This document shows, one piece after another, positions 63,097-64,000 of a DNA stretch of 64,000 nucleotides. The stretch lies in the NCBI GenBank assembly GCA_016215205.1, contig JACRKU010000013.1, forward strand, positions 29,016 to 93,015, given 5' to 3'. The position numbers and the translations under genes are program-made. Numbering within the stretch: the stretch's first letter is position 1; each line of letters begins with the position of its first letter. The notes under the pieces were generated by a model that had not been told where the DNA came from, searched no databases, and was given only the letters and a program-made list of their open reading frames with translations. This DNA is from Candidatus Yonathbacteria bacterium (lineage in GTDB: Bacteria > Patescibacteriota > Minisyncoccia > Phycocordibacterales > UBA1550).

Positions 63097-64000
63097 ATGA
63101 CAAAAGTAATTACGCGTTTCGCGCCATCTCCAACGGGGGTGCTCCATATCGGTTCTGTGCGCACCGCGCTCTATTCGTGGCTGTATGCAAGACAGAACAA
63201 CGGAAAGTTTATTCTTCGCATTGAGGATACCGACAAGGAGCGTTCAAAAAAAGAATTTGAAGACAACATCATTGATGGGCTTAATTGGCTCGGTCTCACT
63301 CATGATGAGTTTTTCCGACAGTCGGATCGCTCGGTTTTTTACAAAGAGAAAATTATTGAACTCATCGCAAAAGGCGCGGTGTATGTGTCAAAAGAAGAAC
63401 CAAAGGAACCCGGCGGTCGCGCAGAAGTGATTCGTTTCAAAAATCCAAATCGCGTGGTGACTTTTGAGGATGTTGTGCGCGGAGATATTTCTTTTGACAC
63501 CACAGAGCTCGGTGATTTTGTCATCGCAAAGGATTTTGACACACCGCTGTACCACTTTGCGGTGGTGGTGGATGATTTTGAGATGGGAGTCACGCATGTG
63601 ATTCGCGGTGATGACGCTATTTCGAATACACCGAGACAAATTCTCATTCAAGAAGCGCTTGGCGCGCCACGCCCTATTTACACGCATTTGCCAATGATTC
63701 TCGCGCCTGACAAATCAAAACTTTCCAAGCGTCATGGCGCTTTGGCAGTTACTGAATATCACGAGGAAGGATATTTGCCTGAAGCGATATTAAATTTTGT
63801 CGCGCTTATGGGGTGGAACCCGGGCAATGATCAAGAAATCATTTCTCTTGAAGAGATGGTAAAACTTTTCACACTTCCAAAAGTCCAAAAAAGCGCCGCC
63901 GTTTTTAATATCGACAAATTAAAATGGCTCAACAAACATTATATGAAACTTCTTTCTGCGGATAGAGCAGGGGAGGAGATTCTCACGCGGTTCCCTCCCA
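63097..64000 (+). CDS. gltX: Glutamyl-tRNA synthetase (5' partial, continues beyond window)
   Basis: TRFAPSPTGVLHIGSVRTALYSW (HIGH), ...RIEDTDKERS...; open to window end. Confidence 0.85.
   Translation, partial: MTKVITRFAPSPTGVLHIGSVRTALYSWLYARQNNGKFILRIEDTDKERSKKEFEDNIIDGLNWLGLTHDEFFRQSDRSVFYKEKIIELIAKGAVYVSKEEPKEPGGRAEVIRFKNPNRVVTFEDVVRGDISFDTTELGDFVIAKDFDTPLYHFAVVVDDFEMGVTHVIRGDDAISNTPRQILIQEALGAPRPIYTHLPMILAPDKSKLSKRHGALAVTEYHEEGYLPEAILNFVALMGWNPGNDQEIISLEEMVKLFTLPKVQKSAAVFNIDKLKWLNKHYMKLLSADRAGEEILTRFPP

Noticed and set aside
1-64000. CRISPR array / cas genes
   Set aside because: No regularly spaced short direct repeats and no Cas-like proteins in any frame.

Overview
This 64-kb window is a gene-dense bacterial chromosome segment with about 50% GC and housekeeping genes mostly on the + strand. 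Short aminoacyl-tRNA synthetases, a fragmented dcw cluster and a hinge-less SMC suggest a reduced genome. That is consistent with CPR/Patescibacteria, but this is inference only. Blocks in order: rpmF, a NusB-NUDIX fusion, rnc and smc. Then rnr(-) and rpsP, followed by an actin-like ATPase plus bitopic membrane protein operon. Then infA-rpmJ-rpsM-rpsK-rpsD-rpoA-rplQ-rplM-rpsI and grpE-dnaK-dnaJ. An AT-rich islet carries a propeller-reduced S9 peptidase and a NUDIX gene, followed by a LysM protein. Next is an unusual pair of paralogous histidine-kinase genes: one is DHp-only and keeps the conserved His, the other is full length with that His replaced by Arg. A tRNA-Gln locus follows, with a foreign high-GC gene, a DUF1905 gene and a cupin gene. 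Then frr, rseP, proS, mreBC(D?), PBP2, greA and lysS, and mraZ-rsmH-ftsL-ftsI-murF. After murF comes tRNA-Glu with att-like and structured repeats, a novel small gene and a frameshifted HAD gene. A minus-strand flavin electron-transfer-like operon follows (FNR-like reductase, membrane proteins, FMN-binding protein, ApbE). The remaining genes are parB, relA(-), topA(-) with a duplicated 3' end flanking a small insert, dprA(-), serS, ftsQ-like, dus, dnaX, trpS, aspS, scpA, scpB, dacA-like, mraY, ftsW, murG and the 5' part of gltX. No CRISPR array, rRNA or intact transposase was seen. All calls come from reading motifs in the supplied translations and DNA by eye; no database search was possible.
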